DNA of 64,000 nucleotides from Chlorokybus atmophyticus (lineage: Eukaryota > Plantae > Mesostigma and Chlorokybus algae). Made by a program: the position numbers and the translations under genes. Below, piece by piece: positions 1 through 13,800 of this stretch. The notes beneath the pieces were generated by a model. The model worked only from the letters and a program-made list of their open reading frames with translations, was not told the DNA's origin and made no database searches. Positions within the stretch are counted from its first letter, which is position 1, and every line of letters starts with the position of its first letter. The stretch covers positions 655,042 through 719,041 of the forward strand of contig RHPI01001715.1 of the NCBI GenBank assembly GCA_009103225.1. Direction: 5' to 3'.

Positions 1-9
1 TATCTGCAG

Positions 10-1183
10 CAAAGTGGACGCCACCAGCATTGCGCGGCTGGCTGGCATCCAAATCGGTGTCGTCACCTTGCTGTTCGGCCTTTGGGAGGTGCAGGCGCTC
101 AGTTCTGTCGGCAACTTGATGGACATTGCCAGTCTCCTGAACACTCAGCTCACTGGTCTGCCTTGGGTCTCTCTCTTGTACGCTGCCTTCATCTCAACCG
201 GCCTGTGCCTGTGGCTTGAGCTGAACGCACTCAGAGGTGCCAAGGCTTCCACTGTAACACTGATGTATAGTACCATCCCACTTTGGGGTGCATTCTTTGA
301 CTTCGCTCTGCGCGGAGAGTTGGAGCCTGCAGTCTCATCACTTGCTGCTGCAGCCGCTGCAACAGGCGCCATTAGTTACTGGCTATTGAAGCCCAAGACC
401 CTCACCCAGCGGCTACCCCGAGCGGCGTCTCCCACACAAGAGAGCTTTTTGGACCAGCTGACAACTGCGTTCGTCACATCGCAGCTGAAGCTAACCCAGT
501 ACACGCGCCTGGTGCAGCAAGCTATCACTGGTCATGGCGCTGCAACAGCACTGCACTTCAAAGGTGTCACTGCATCCGCTCTGGCTGCAGCGGCCTCGAT
601 GAACTCCGTTGTGACAGAGGTGGCAAGAGATATCACTGGCGCAGTGGCTGATTTTGAGATGCGAGTTGCTTCAGGCATGCTCACAGCAGCAGTGTCTGCG
701 CAAACCATGCAGCGCTTTGGTGACAATGTAGCTGCCCGTACTGCTAGCCCCGGCCAGTTCCTGTACTATGCAAGCTCCGGCTCAAGCGCTGTAGCAGAGA
801 ATGCTATGTCGAGTATGCTCAAAGCCACTGCTGCTGTGGGCATGCCAGACATGGCTGCAACAGTGGCAGCAGCTCTAATCCTCGCTGATGCTGGAGAGCT
901 TCCAGATGTTGATGGCGCTACCAACACCGGCATTGTCCTGGCCAGTGCTGCGATTGACTCTGTGGCGTCATCCCTCCAGCAAGCTGCAGGTGCCTCCATT
1001 GGCCACACCTTGGTCAGCAATACCGTTGGCACTGTGTTGGCTTCAATGCCAGACTCTGCACACGCCTTCGTCACCACAGCTGCGGATGTTGTGTCTTCTG
1101 GCGCTTGGGACACTGCTACTCTTGTGCAAGCTGCAGACGTCGTGAACGCCACCGTGAACTCCATCTCCGACGTGTTCGGTTAA
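10..1183 (+). CDS. Last exon of an EamA/DMT-family membrane transporter with a long Ala/Ser/Thr-rich C-terminal tail (5' part outside the window)
   Basis: TGCAG acceptor at 5-9, then an open frame to TAA 1181-1183. Hydrophobic helices and the segment LYAAFISTGLCLWLELNALRGAKASTVTLMYSTIPLWGAFFDFALRGE fit the second EamA repeat. Confidence 0.65.
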
Positions 1184-3728
1184 AGCCTGCGTAGTCAATG
1201 CCCTTTGTGAGATATACACCCTCATTGTTACCCAGCAAGCGAAAACCCTTGCATGGTTGTGTTAGCTGCCGTACCTAGGAGTGTGACGTGGCCCTCTGCT
1301 CTGCAGCTTGTTGAGCAGATTGCAACTGTCGGGTACATACACTGTTATGTGCCGCTCCTGCCCATTGCTGGCAGTCGGGGAATAAAGAAAAGACATTTGG
1401 TTAGGACTGTTGATTGCCCTCTGCTTATCACACTGCTTTTGCACATGGTCGGTTGCATGTTTGCATGCATTGTGGTAGCCTGTGGTGGATTGGGTGCCTC
1501 ACACAGTTGCACGTTAGGCCCCTCGAACTGTGCATGGCACAGACAAATGGTTTCGTAAATTTTGTTTGAGTATGAATGCCACATAAGACAATACTGCGAA
1601 TACTGTGCTGAATGTCAGCTAGCAGTAACATTTGCATGCTTGCAGTTGGCAGTGGGCAATGGCTTGTCAGGTTGTGTGTTGCTTGTTGACACATGGTCCA
1701 ACCTCTTTATCACCTTACATGATAAACTCGCATATAGCATTCTCGTCCACACTGTTCTTAACACCACTGGTTAGCATCCGCAAGGTTTAGCCTAGCGCAC
1801 CTCAACATATACTCCGCACCTTACCATGCTGAGTATTCTTGCAGCGCACTTTAACACAGACATCAATACTTGCGTGCATCTGCGTGCACAACAGCTTGTG
1901 GTGCGCGCGCACGCACGCAACCGGCATGAGTCCCTATGATATCAAATGTAGCACTAGGACAGCAGTTGGCTCAGCTAGGGCCCTCCCCATTTGTTCCCTG
2001 TGCTGTGAGGTTGGCTAAGCCGCTATGCGTTGCGTGTGTAGCATCGGGCATGTTGCCATACCCTTGAAGTTATCTGTGTACACGAGTCAGTCTAGTAGGT
2101 CTAACCTTGCTGCACACACCGCACTCTGCCCATACCCAATGGCACCCGCTTCCTGTGACAACAATAATCAGCGCAATTAGTACGCAATACGCTGTCCAAG
2201 CAAGACACAGTCATTTGCGAAGTAAGCACTTAAAAAGAGGGACATAAGGACATAATGACATTCAGTACAGGTGCCGATGGGTAAGCCAAGTTGAACACAG
2301 GTACTTGCCGCGGTAATGTCACTGTTGCACGCAAGCCCACTTCATTGGTGGAGCATCTGCGCACATGTGGCTGTGATGTGTCCTCATCTATCATCTTGCG
2401 TGCGCATGAACGTGCGTTGCACATCAACTGGTAGGTGTGTCTGAGCGTGGGCGGGGCAGTCAGTGTATGTGTGCGGGCGCATTTTCAGTGTGAGCAATTG
2501 AGTTTATGTGAGTGTGTAAGCATGCGTGCAAGAGTGCATGCTTTCGCATGTGCCTGTGTGTGCGCGTGCGCTTGTAGAGCAGAACTGTGATGCAAGTGGT
2601 CGTAACACTTAGCACAGTCACAAAGGTTGGCAAACACGAACGGATGTGCAACAAACACCACACCATGAGTCAGCGCAATACCCCAGCTGTGTACTCCCGT
2701 CCAGTTCAACGCTGCTTGCCAACGTGCGCTGCTGCTCTTGTACCAGCCCGGACATGCTCTTGATAAATACGCATGGCTGTGTTTAATGTCATTCCACATA
2801 GCAGAGCTGTGTTTTGAAGGGGGCAAGTTCATGAGCTCGACTTGAGGCTGAAGCTATGCGCAACCTACTCATAGCATACGCTTGGGACCTTCCTATGGAC
2901 ATACCACGTTCACGTTACAGGTTGGGGGTGATAAGGATGGAACCTCAAGCCAACAGTAGTTACACTGTGTGTCGGCATGCTGGTTGTGGCCCAGCGTCAG
3001 CTGCCTTGTGGTTGACACTGCCCGCCGCTGATGTGTACCGTTCATGCATGTGTTGCATGACTGTTGCCATGCTGCGCTGATGGCAAAGGCCTGAGCCTGT
3101 GTGCATTGCGTGCGAGCGGGTGTGCTAGGCGCCGTACTGTGCTATTGAGATGGCAGTGGCTGTTGCTGTTAACACGGTAAGTGGGTGTATACTGGTATGG
3201 TGTTGTGATCAATGAGGGCACTGTCTTTGTTCGCAAGAGAGAGTCTCTGCACACTCACACGCGCACACATGTGTGCCTGATAGACCGACATGATTTATGT
3301 GCGCATGCGCTTAGATGTTTACTGTGCCGACCTGCTCATCACTGCTCATCACTGGACCATATTCTGTTGTAGCGAACATGACGTGCGTCGGCACGAGAAA
3401 ACTACCTGCGTCAGTACCTCATGTTGATTGGGCTGCAATGCGCGCGACCACAGCCCTTGATGCATCCCTTTGGTTGGGCTTGAATATCTAAGCAGGTGTG
3501 GCCAAACATGCAAGAATTACCCGTGTTTGTTGTGACAGCAGTCCCAGTGGAACCAATAAGCTGAAGGAATTGCTTACCCAAACGACTCGCAGGAGAAAAG
3601 GCAAAAAGTCATGTACAGACTAACAAGAATTTGCATCTCTAAACTGCCGACCATGTACAGCTTTCTCCAATACATAGCAGCTACCTACATATCTTGATTT
3701 GCAAACCACAGCAAACCGCGGTGATCCC

Positions 3729-5350
3729 CTACTTAGCTGCGGGTGCTCTGGTGGTGCGCTGCGTGGTGGTGTTGTTGGCAGCGCTTTGACGCTTGATACT
3801 CCACGCGAACGCAAACAGAACTACGTCCTCTTCAACTACCTGCAACCAGGAGGACATGTCAACGGTTGTATGTCCAGCAACTTCGGCAACCAACTTGAGA
3901 CAAAGTGTGCACACAACTACTTCCTCATCTGCACCACTGACCTGAGCGGCGAAATGGCGTGCAACAGCAGGCATGAGCTCCTCCTTGCCAGTGCCCGTGA
4001 CATCGCGCAACTTATACACGCGCTTGTAGCGCCTGAGTGAGGACGTCTCCAGGCGGGAGAGGTCCACACGCAGGGAGCGGCGGCTCGCGCCTCGCGGACC
4101 GCTACTCCCCACCCCGTTCTTTGTAATCACAGGCATTGCGGGCAGAGCGTGGCCGATGGCGCCGTCGCCGCTCTGCACGGATGGTTCCGGCGTCACCTCT
4201 GTACGCGTTGTGCGCGCACTCCGCACCTTGCGCTCCTCAATAAGAGGCCCGTCCTGTGAGCAAGCATATGCACAGATCAGTGGACTGAATCAAATACAAA
4301 TTAACAGCAGCGAAGCAAGAGTTGAGTTGCATCATGCTTACCCCTCGACAAGCTGGGCAGAGGTAGAATGCTGTTGTATCTACAGGGTAACCGTTGGCGT
4401 GCTCGCAGTCGATGTGCACCCAGCGTCCGCAAGGGCGGGAGTCGCAACCAACCCACTCCTTGCCGTCAAAGCTGTCGGGATCACGCTCGCGATAGATCTG
4501 CACGCAGTAAGGGCAGTACCGCGCAGTGTCAAAGGACGCTTTGCATGCGGTGCACAGGGTCAGCACCCCGTCCTTGCAGTTCTTGATGGCAGTCGGCCCA
4601 CCCTTACGGTCTCCTACCGGCACTATCGCACGCAAGTACCACCTGCAGGTGCTGCCAACATACACACTGATCAGCCCGACAAGTCCCCAACACTGCTACG
4701 TGCATTGTGACAACATGTTGACACAACAAGACGCACACAAGCATGTTGGTAGCTGGCAACCCATTGCCACATCACAAACACCAGAGCAAGCAACAATGGT
4801 CATGCTTTAATGGCTCAACACGTACACGGTTCAGATGAGATGTGCGCAAAGAACGTGTCTACAGCATGAAGCTATCAACAAAGCTCGCAAAATGCGCAAG
4901 GTTGCTGCAAAGACACCACCTGTGCACCCAACAACAAGCAGACTGCATGCAGTACTATGCCAACGGAGAACCGAGAGCCCGTTGACAAAGCTGCGCCAAG
5001 CATGTGAAATAAGCTGTGACTGCTCTGTCAACGAAGGTGATGGCACTATGAACCGCAGTGTTTTTGCAAGCTGGCTGGTGCAGCCGCAGCTAGGAGAAAC
5101 AGCACCTGCCGTGCAACACCAAGAAACGCACAAAGCGAGGAGCAGAGTGTACACTCACGGGCCAGCTCCGCTGCCGTTAGAGGTAGACCGCTTGCAGTAG
5201 GTGTTGGAGCAGACCTGCAGCTGCTGCGGCTGCTGATGACTGTTCTGCTGCTGTTTGGGTTCCTGGTCGGAGTTGCTGTCGTCGTCCGGAGACGCCACGG
5301 CTGTTGTTGCCGCCCCCGCCTCCTCCTCCTCGTCCTCCTGGTGGTGGTGG

Positions 5351-5389
<39 letters not shown>

Positions 5390-5394
5390 GTCAT
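3729..5394 (-). CDS. Chromatin protein: polyQ/H/E region + Zn-binding C-x4-C...LC-x2-C unit + PHD finger + C-terminal SAP30-type Sin3-binding domain (5' end may extend to about 5900)
   Basis: Exons about 5394-5159, 4642-4342 and 4253-3729 join in frame through GT-AG introns (GP|WYLR, CRG|DGPL). PHD: CPYC...WVGCDSRPCGRWVHIDC...YLCPAC. SAP30-like: VDLSRLETSSLRRYKRVYKL...KEELMPAVARHF. Confidence 0.75.
5341..5389. repeat. (GTG)n/(CTG)n trinucleotide run encoding polyQ/polyH on the minus strand
   Basis: Directly visible tandem triplets. Confidence 0.9.
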
Positions 5395-6064
5395 CCAGCC
5401 ATCGCCTTAAAGGCGCCCACGACTTCCCCGCCACGCACAATCTCAGAGCACACGAGAACAAACACAGGCGCTGTTTCGCACATACACCAACCTCGTCGCC
5501 TCCACCCTCAAAGACGGCGACCACCACCGCAACAATACCGCCGCCCGCAGCAAGCAACAATGCCGCTGCTTTGCCACTTCTTCGCACATTGCCGATACTC
5601 ATGTTTAAGCTATATCCACGCATGCCGCCCCGTGCGGGGCTGAGAAAGGTACAACAACGCCCGGCTGTGACGGTGATATCCACCATTGAAACGGTTTTGC
5701 TGCAGGCTGGGAGGCTTAACGTTTCCGTCAAACCTCTCCACTGCGCAGTTCAAATTGTTAGCCTTCTTGGACGGCTTATATTGCATGTAAGGGTCATCTA
5801 AAGGCGCCCAGCGCCTCACTCCGTCCGAGACCACCGTTAAAAAAGCAGACGGTAAGCACTTGCCGTTGCCACCCCCGTCACACTCAGTCACATTTGCCGC
5901 GCTGCCGCAGGCTGGCAGGTCCCAAATGCATTCTTTCCTGAAAAGCTTGGGTTCGGACTCCGGAGACGGTGCTTGAAGGTGTCCATTGGGACCTTGCTAA
6001 GAGATGTCCACGTTGCAACGCGTTACCTAGAGTGTCCACGATACCACTTTGCGATACCGGCTCC

Positions 6065-6073
6065 AAACCCTAA
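6065..6073 (+). promoter_or_regulatory. Telo-box-like AAACCCTAA in the divergent promoter between the PHD/SAP30 gene and SDH2
   Basis: Exact match to the plant telo-box motif 125 bp upstream of the SDH2 ATG. Function not demonstrated. Confidence 0.3.
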
Positions 6074-6197
6074 ATAGTTGTTAGGTGCAAAAGCGTCGCG
6101 GACGTTTACGGGGTCGTCGTTGTTGGCGGCGGCGGAGGAGGAGGCGGCAGGGTTGGTGTTGGCAGTGAGCGTGTGGGTTTATTTGAGGTTACGGAAG

Positions 6198-7785
6198 ATG
6201 TTGCTCAGGCGAGCTGCGGCGCTGGCTGCGGGATCGGCTTCCAGACAGCTGCAGACTGCAAGCACAGCAGCCGGGGCTGTTCGGCAGATCTCCACCACAG
6301 CTGCTCTGTGCTCGGACGAGCATAGCCTTGCTTCATCGCCGGTGAGAAGTGTTTTCGGAGTTGCTAATGTGTACTCAGTTGGAAGTTGTAACTCGTAGTG
6401 TGTAAGGTGTGCTCGGAAATGTTTCATCTGTTGCACGTAGATGGACGCTGTAGATAGGTCGTCCATGCTTCTCCTTTTCGCATATATACAGTTTGTTCTG
6501 TGGTCCCGCAAATGAACAAGATTCTGACAAGAAGGACTAGGTTTTGCATGGCTGTGGTATGCTGACAACGTGGCTTGCAAGCCACGTTCTCAGCATACCA
6601 CAGAAAGCCGTCAGCGTTGGCTCGCTTGGCCGCCTGTGTCAAGCAATTTTTTCTATTTGTGGCTGCCTGCCTGCCTGCACGTCAATTATTGTGGCGCGTG
6701 TTTGGCCAGTATAGCGTTTGTTCGGTGCGTTGCAGCAGCCAGTGCTCTTTTGCCTAACTGGCTCTTGACCGTGCAGACAAAGAACTTCAAGACTTTTGAG
6801 ATTTACAGATGGGACCCAGACAAGCATGAGAAGCCGAGGATGCAGAGCTATCAAGTGGATATCAACAACTGCGGCCCTATGATTTTGGATGTGCTGATCA
6901 AGATTAAGAATGAGACAGACCCTACCTTGACGCTGCGAAGGTCTTGCAGGTGCGGTTGTCAACCAAAGTTGTTGCCTTGATGACTGCAACAAAGAATAAG
7001 AATAATTTTTCGCAACTCTCTGCAAACCACTGAGCTCAACTTTTGCGTATTGCAGGGAGGGCATTTGCGGGTCATGCGCCATGAATATTGATGGCACGAA
7101 CACACTTGCCTGCTTGGCCAAGGTCAAGCGTGAGGGCGCGCCACAAACAATTACCCCTCTGCCGCACATGTTTGTGGTTAAGGTAGGGGACTGAAGTGAA
7201 CTAAGCTGACTCCTTGCGTTTAACGTAAGCTCAGCACTAATACATGCACACTTGGCCAGGATCTTGTCGTGGACATGACCAACTTCTATGCTCAGTACAA
7301 GAGCATTGAACCCTGGCTGAAAAGGACAGAGTTTCCTGAGAGGGAGGTCCCGCAAAGTAAAGAGCAGCGCGACAAGATCAACGGATTGTATGAGTGCATT
7401 CTCTGCGCTTGCTGCTCAACATCGTGCCCGTCATACTGGTGGAACCCAGAGCAGTACCTTGGCCCAGCCGTATTGCTGCAAGCATACAGGTACGCTCTCA
7501 GTGTACTCAATGCTTGACACTCATTCACCTTTGCCATATTTGGCAATGCGTATCAGACGTGTTGGTTAATGTGTACTTTATGTGACTGTGTGCAGGTGGA
7601 TCAATGACAGCCGCGACCAGTTCACCAAGCAGCGACTGGAGGCTCTCGATGATGAGTTCAAGCTGTATCGCTGCCATACCATCATGAACTGCGCCAAGAC
7701 TTGTCCCAAGGGCTTGAATCCTGGCAAGGCTATTGCAAACATAAAGAAGAAGCAGAGCCCAGTGCTTTCACAGCTGTACGCTTAG
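6198..7785 (+). CDS. SDH2: Succinate dehydrogenase iron-sulfur subunit, mitochondrial (5 exons)
   Basis: Exons 6198-6341, 6777-6949, 7056-7182, 7260-7489, 7596-7785. Motifs RRSCR|[49 protein letters not shown], and an N-terminal Arg/Ala-rich presequence. Confidence 0.98.
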
Positions 7786-8610
7786 TGGCGCGAAGCGCCT
7801 TGATACACCATTGTTTTCGCACGCACTTGTTGTGTAATAGCGCGTGTGGTTGTAGTGTTAGTGTTGTCTGGTGACTCGCGCCTGTTTGTATGTGTATACA
7901 GTCCCTTTGAAACTCAAAGCATCTTGCTAAAACCCAGAGTTAGCTGCGCGCCCGCTTGCTGGCAAACGAGTCTGCCTAAATCTTGTCACTAAGCAAGGCT
8001 GTAGTCAAGTTGGCTTGGTTTGCAACATAGCATCAGTTGTGCCGGCGGGATAACTCTGTTGTTGAGAGTAGTTCCGCATTGTTAGCATTGATGTTAACTG
8101 CAGTTTGTTAAAGACCCATGGTTGCAAAATCTGCAACTCAGCACATGCTACCTTGTCTTTTGTTTGTCTGCAACACTTGATGCATGGGACCTGTCCACAC
8201 CTCAAGGTACGACAATCCTCCGCTCACGCTATTGTGGTTTGCGGCGCATGGCGCCACTGTTGTCGCTTACATCCTTTCCAGCAACTGCTGTGTCGTGCCA
8301 CTTACAAACTACCATCATCATGCCATCACCGCACAGGCCCCCAGGAACAAATCTGCCACAGCAACGCGACAGCGTGAAATCTCATTCAGCTATATCATTA
8401 CTTAAGTTGTGCTGCTCTGAGCCAATTAACACATCAGCTCTATCCACAAAGCAAGTCTTGTCTCAACACTTTCCCGCGCGATGATGATGTCTTGAGGGTT
8501 GCTAAGACGATCGCAAAGGTCGGTGTTGCTCTTGGTGGGCGGCGGCGGTGGCGGTGGCGGTGGCGGCGGTGGTGGGGAGGGTCGGCTGGGTGTTGGTCAG
8601 TAACAATACT

Positions 8611-10955
8611 ATGGCTTCCAAGAAGAGGAAGGAGGTCTTCAACGATGATGGCAACGGGCGGGCGGCGGTGGTGAGGGGGCGTTGCGACTGCTGTCTGTCT
8701 CCCGTTGGGGGCAGCTTGGCTTTTGTTGCTTCTCCCTTAACTCTGTCTATCCCCGAAACAGCATGCTGGTTTAGTACTATGAAATAGCAAAGAACCATAT
8801 GCTCGTGGGGTTCAGGGTCCTTACATGCTTCCCGTACGTCATTCACACAGTTCTTGCCAACAGCTGAAGCCAAGCGGCAGCATGGCTTTGGCGTGAGCGT
8901 TGAGTTGTTCCTCTAAGACGCCTTCAGACACAAGAATCATCACGTGGCACGTGGAGTATTGATCTCGCAGTCTGTTGTGTCGGTTGTGTGTCTTTGCGAC
9001 CCAAGAGAACGTGTATCTAGGATATATGTTTTGCGTACTCTTTATGGATGCGGTGCTCAGGGTAGCCGTTTGCACAGCCTCTGCACAGTACATAGACGAG
9101 TTCACGCATGACGAGTTGATACAACAAGGCTGCACTTTTGAAGCTGTTAGGCTTTGCAACTGCGTAGACACAAGCTCTCTATAGATTGTGTGCCATACGC
9201 GCTGTGAGGAAAAATATAGACACTCAACCCAGCATTGCCTGTCTTCTACGCATGCAGGGGCCATTGCGAGTGAAAGCCAGGGAAGAGACCGCTCAACCAA
9301 CAAAGACGCACTCAATGCCGGAGCGGCAGGGACTGCTGCTGTTGCATGTCCGAGCACTCAACACACAGTTCCAAACGTGAGTTTGGTTTGGGTTTTACCA
9401 AGTCTCTGCACGCACGTGTGCGTGCGTGTGTGTGTGTTTGTTTACTGCAGTTTGTGTGTCTCTCAGCAGGCTTGACCTACAACATGCACAGGTGGGTTGC
9501 CCAGCAGGCAACGAAGCACGGTGATGAGTTGTGGGTCGATGGTGTGAGGGACTACCTCAAACATGCGGACAAGCTGCGTGCTGATTTCTCCAGTGCGGCC
9601 GAGCGTGATACATCTGCACACGCCTCTGCAAAACCACCTTTGGCACAGGTATGCCACAACAAAAAGAAGTACAAAGAGAATAGAACTAATTGCCACATTG
9701 TACCGCAGCCGTTTTCGTGGGCTGCAGCGGGCGCAACCACTGTGTTAGCAAATGATGTCACGCCTAATGCCACTGCGCCAACATTGGGTTGGTCTTTCAA
9801 CGCGGCTGCTGCGCCACCTGCAGACAGCAAGCAGTCAATAAACGGCAATGGTGAGCTGCATTGATGAAGCATATGTGAATCATGAGGCACCTGTTACTCC
9901 ATGGATCCATTGATCAGGTGGTGCAGCACCACAGCCAAATGCGCCATCTGCAACAGACGCCAGTCAAGGTTTGTGGCCTTTGGGTTGCGTGTATCGGCGT
10001 GCGTGTGCGCGCGTCTGTCATTCTCATATGTGTGCCCAAGAATTGATATATTTGTGCGTACACAACTTGCACAGAAGAGGAGGAGCAGCCAGAGCAGCCC
10101 CCGTCTCCATCTCTGCGAGAGACCAACATGGACGGGGAGGACGTCACGCACTCTGTCACGTGCAAGATCTACGCCATGGTTGATCGCAATTGGAAAGAAG
10201 TTGGCGGCATGGGCCAGCTGTCGCTGCGAAAGCTGAAAGACAAGGAGCTACCAGAAGCAAAACCTCGATTGGTGTTCCGCAATAATGTGAGTTCACATTG
10301 GTTGCATGTCAACCGAATACATCGACATGCGCAACTGCAAGGAAGTGCTTAAGCCAAGCACCAAGTTCAAGCCTTCGCAGCTAGCACACTCAACAACCAC
10401 TGTATGAATGGCCAGGAATTTGTGTGTTGCATGTTTGGAGTGCAATTGCCACCAGCTAGGTTCCTGCGCATCCCCAGCGTAACTGCAGCTCAGTGGCTTG
10501 GTTGATGCTCTGTGCAGGTCGGCAAAGTGTTGCTGAATGCTGCTGTGTACACGGGTATGAAGCTGCAGGTCAACAACAAGTCACTCGTGACACACCTGTT
10601 CACAGCGGTGCGTGACATAGCTCTCTCTTCTTTATCTGCATTGGGCGCTCGCACAGGCGTACACACGCACACGCACTTGCTGTGTTCTTACCACTTGCCA
10701 TTGCCTGCTGCGCACATGTTTTCACACGGGCCTACACCTATGATGCAACATAAGCATAGGAGCACGTGTGAGACCATTGTTATATGACAGGAGCCAATTG
10801 GCGTCCAAACGCAAACCAAAGAAGATGGCGATGCTCCGGTCGAAAAGCAGGCAGCACAAGTTGAGACCATGGTGACCATCAGGACCAAAGGACCAGAAGA
10901 TGTGGAGACCTTAGCTACTAAGATCAAGGAGATCATGCCTCCAGTAAGGACATAA
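8611..10955 (+). CDS. NUP50: NUP50-like nucleoporin with C-terminal Ran-binding (RanBP1/PH-like) domain
   Basis: HVRALNTQFQT|WVAQQATKHGDELWVDGVRDYLKHA matches plant NUP50-type proteins. The C-terminal exons WKEVGGMGQLSLRK...PRLVFRNN|VGKVLLNAAVY are a RanBD. The first exons are uncertain. Confidence 0.75.
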
Positions 10956-11049
10956 CGCCGTAGCAAGGTTGCATTGCGACACAGATATTGTGACTTGTGA
11001 CACGCAACCCTCAACATGTATCATGCTATATAACGCCATGCTTTGCAGC

Positions 11050-13800
11050 AAAGCTATGCTAGCATCTCAGGCACGTTACAGGACAGACACACATGAAGAC
11101 GTGTGATAATGTTTAAGATGTCTGAAGCTGTAAAATTATGCAATTAAGTGTATCATGAACCATAGAATTACCGTTAAAGTCATATACATTACCAGTTAAC
11201 AGCATTTGACGTGCTGAGACCAATGATAGTATGAGTTTGGTTGTACATATATGTGTTTCATAACATGGCTTGAAAGATACCGTGCACCGGCTCATGTGTA
11301 CAACATTAATGTCATTTAAGTTGGGTTTCTCAAAGTTTAAATACATGATATTGCACCATACTATTTACCTCAAGTGGTCGCAATCAGCGATAAACTACTC
11401 ATATTACCAACATATTCAGACAGCGTGTCAATTGACCATGATAAGACATGCACATATACAAGCATGCATAAATCTGAAGCTTTAAGGGGCTAGGTAGTGT
11501 GCAATGCATACTGACATTGCGTGATGCGAAGATAGTTTCCATGCACCAACTTTGTGCTTTGCCGATTACCATTCACAAACACCAACTGCCCTTGCCCACA
11601 CTGCACAGTGCCTTGCTTTGCTGCATAGGTTGCTAGCGGTCTTGTTATGGTACTTGCATATGCAACAACACAAGCAAACAAGCGTGCATACCATGTGGGG
11701 GCTAGTAGCGCTCAGCACAACATCAATTATGACCGCAATAAACCACACCGGACTTGGACCACGAAGGCCCTCACTCAGCAATAGACAATTTGTACTTTTG
11801 ATACATTTACAAAGCGAGCAAGTATCGAATACTTGATAGCAATGGCAATCTGCAACGCAGTGCATATGCGAGCATGCACCCTCGGCTGCTGCAGGTTGTT
11901 CTCCTACCCTTCTCTGCTTGCACCCATTACCGCATTGCATACACGTAAGCACTTGGTGTGGTGGGTTAGCTAGATTGTGACCCAATACAATAGCTCCCGG
12001 CCCAACTTGTAAGTGTCCACGGTTGCTGTGCATAGCCTATTGTGCCGAGCCTATCATTGCTTTGTTGTTTTGCATCATCTCTCATGCCGTATGAATTGCA
12101 TGTATAAGCGACTCACATGCGCACGGTAAGGTATATTTATGAATACAACAAAGTAACTCACTGTATTGCTATGCAAGATTAAGGTAAGCTCTAAGCTTAT
12201 AAGTAAAATAAAACAAATAAAGCAAGGTGACAAACGTGTGGAGAAAGATATAATTTTTCTCGACACGTTTATTCGGTATCGCCGTGTTTATTATAGTCTT
12301 GCAAAAGTATTGCAGTGTGTGCATGCTACACACACTTCTGCGCTCCATGCGTCTTATTAGTGTTTGTTAAATATTACGTACATTTTCGTATGTGATGAGC
12401 AGCTCGCTCATCAGTCATGTTGAGGGGCCGTGGCCCATTAAATAGTAAAGGAATGAAGTTTACATTTAACGTTAACCCTAGGTTACTGTACATACATGCA
12501 ACAACCGCAACAACATTATTTAAAACGGAGAGGGTCGTAGCTTGCAATTAACAAATCATAATGTAATTAAGGTACGTTTACACTATGCTGGCCAGTAACT
12601 GTATTATATTCAGTATCAGTTTTATGCAACTTGGGTAACATGCTATAACAAATGTAGACCTCTAAAATTAAATTATGTTAAGGAGGCATTCCTTATGACG
12701 CATACATTTATGAAAAACAACTTGTTAGGCTGGTTGCATATGGGCATGGTGTGGAAATTTAAACATGCTTGTAAGTATGCAGCCTGCAGCTGCAATGTAA
12801 TATAGTGTTATCACTTAAATAGCCTCTCAAACTTGGCAATGTGGCCACAAGTGAACTTAGCAAGTGTTGGCTAGCATGTATAGATTCTGTTGCAAACTTG
12901 GTAGCTATGATATGCTTAACACATCATTTGTAATTTTATGTAATTTTATGGCGGGTTGCAGTTTTGATGACTTAGAATTTCTAAAAATGCTACACCATAT
13001 ACCAATCATCCTCGACGTTAAGTTTCTCGTGTAGGCCTTTAAATCTTGCTGTAAACCATATATGGCACGACTGTAGATCAATATCATATCATTACACAGT
13101 TTGTAATTGGCCAGGAGTCCGGTTTTAGCACTATTCTTAGTATTTGTTGGAAAAGAGTAAAGTAGCCATCCTAGTGTTAAACATTAAAATCCTTTCACTG
13201 TTTTTTGTTGGGATGAAAAACAGCAAGTGGTAAATTGTATTGCCGCATACTATTATGTGGTAGGCCAAACCGCGTGCACAATGGCATCATGCAAGTTGTA
13301 CTTTTGTGTTGCGTATAAGCCTTTTTAACGTTAAACATACCTCGTCGTTTTTAACGTTGTTGACGAATTTTTATCTACCATGCTGTTGCAGATGATACAT
13401 GGCGTGCGTGTGTCTTAATTATATATGTAACGTTACGGTGAGTGAGCGAGCGCGCACTATTTGAAGAAAGTGGTGTGTTTTTTATTAGCGTATTGTTGCT
13501 TTGCTTCAGTTGCTGCGATATACGTGATTGCATACATCAGTTACAACCAGCGCAACATGCATGTGATCCGCTTGTGTTGTGCACTTAGTTGCAAGCATAT
13601 ATTTTTGCTAAAGTTTTTACATCTATTCTTTTCAGCCTTATTGTTGCAGAGTTGAGTACCACTTTGTGTTATGACTTGGATCATGAGACCACATTCAAGC
13701 ATTGCAACTTGCAACGGTGCTCATTACGTGATACCAATATACAGCACTAGCTATTACCCTATGAGAAGCTTGCATGGGGCCCATTGCAACATGCAGACAC
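11050..13800. other. AT-rich, ORF-poor intergenic tract, probably decayed repeat/TE DNA
   Basis: Visibly lower GC and fewer CpG than flanking exons, abundant TG/CA, all frames broken by stops, no recognisable domain. Confidence 0.4.

Noticed and set aside
2230-3372. Short ORFs between the EamA gene and the PHD/SAP30 gene
   Set aside because: No recognisable motifs and no consistent exon chain could be built, so they are treated as UTR/intergenic, although an unrecognised small gene cannot be excluded.
5304-5801. Plus-strand 165-aa ORF with a C2H2-like THNLRAHENKH segment
   Set aside because: It lacks the Cys pair, and is the antisense/alternative-frame shadow of a triplet-repeat region of the minus-strand gene.
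12385-12420. CTGATGAG on the minus strand with a later GAAA (hammerhead candidate)
   Set aside because: The core itself is sequestered in a TGATGAGC/GCTCATCA hairpin, GAAA does not follow stem II, and there is no stem I/III.
13166-13195. KGF*CLTLGW on the minus strand, reminiscent of IS4-like DDE transposases
   Set aside because: One short stop-containing motif with no supporting DDE context.
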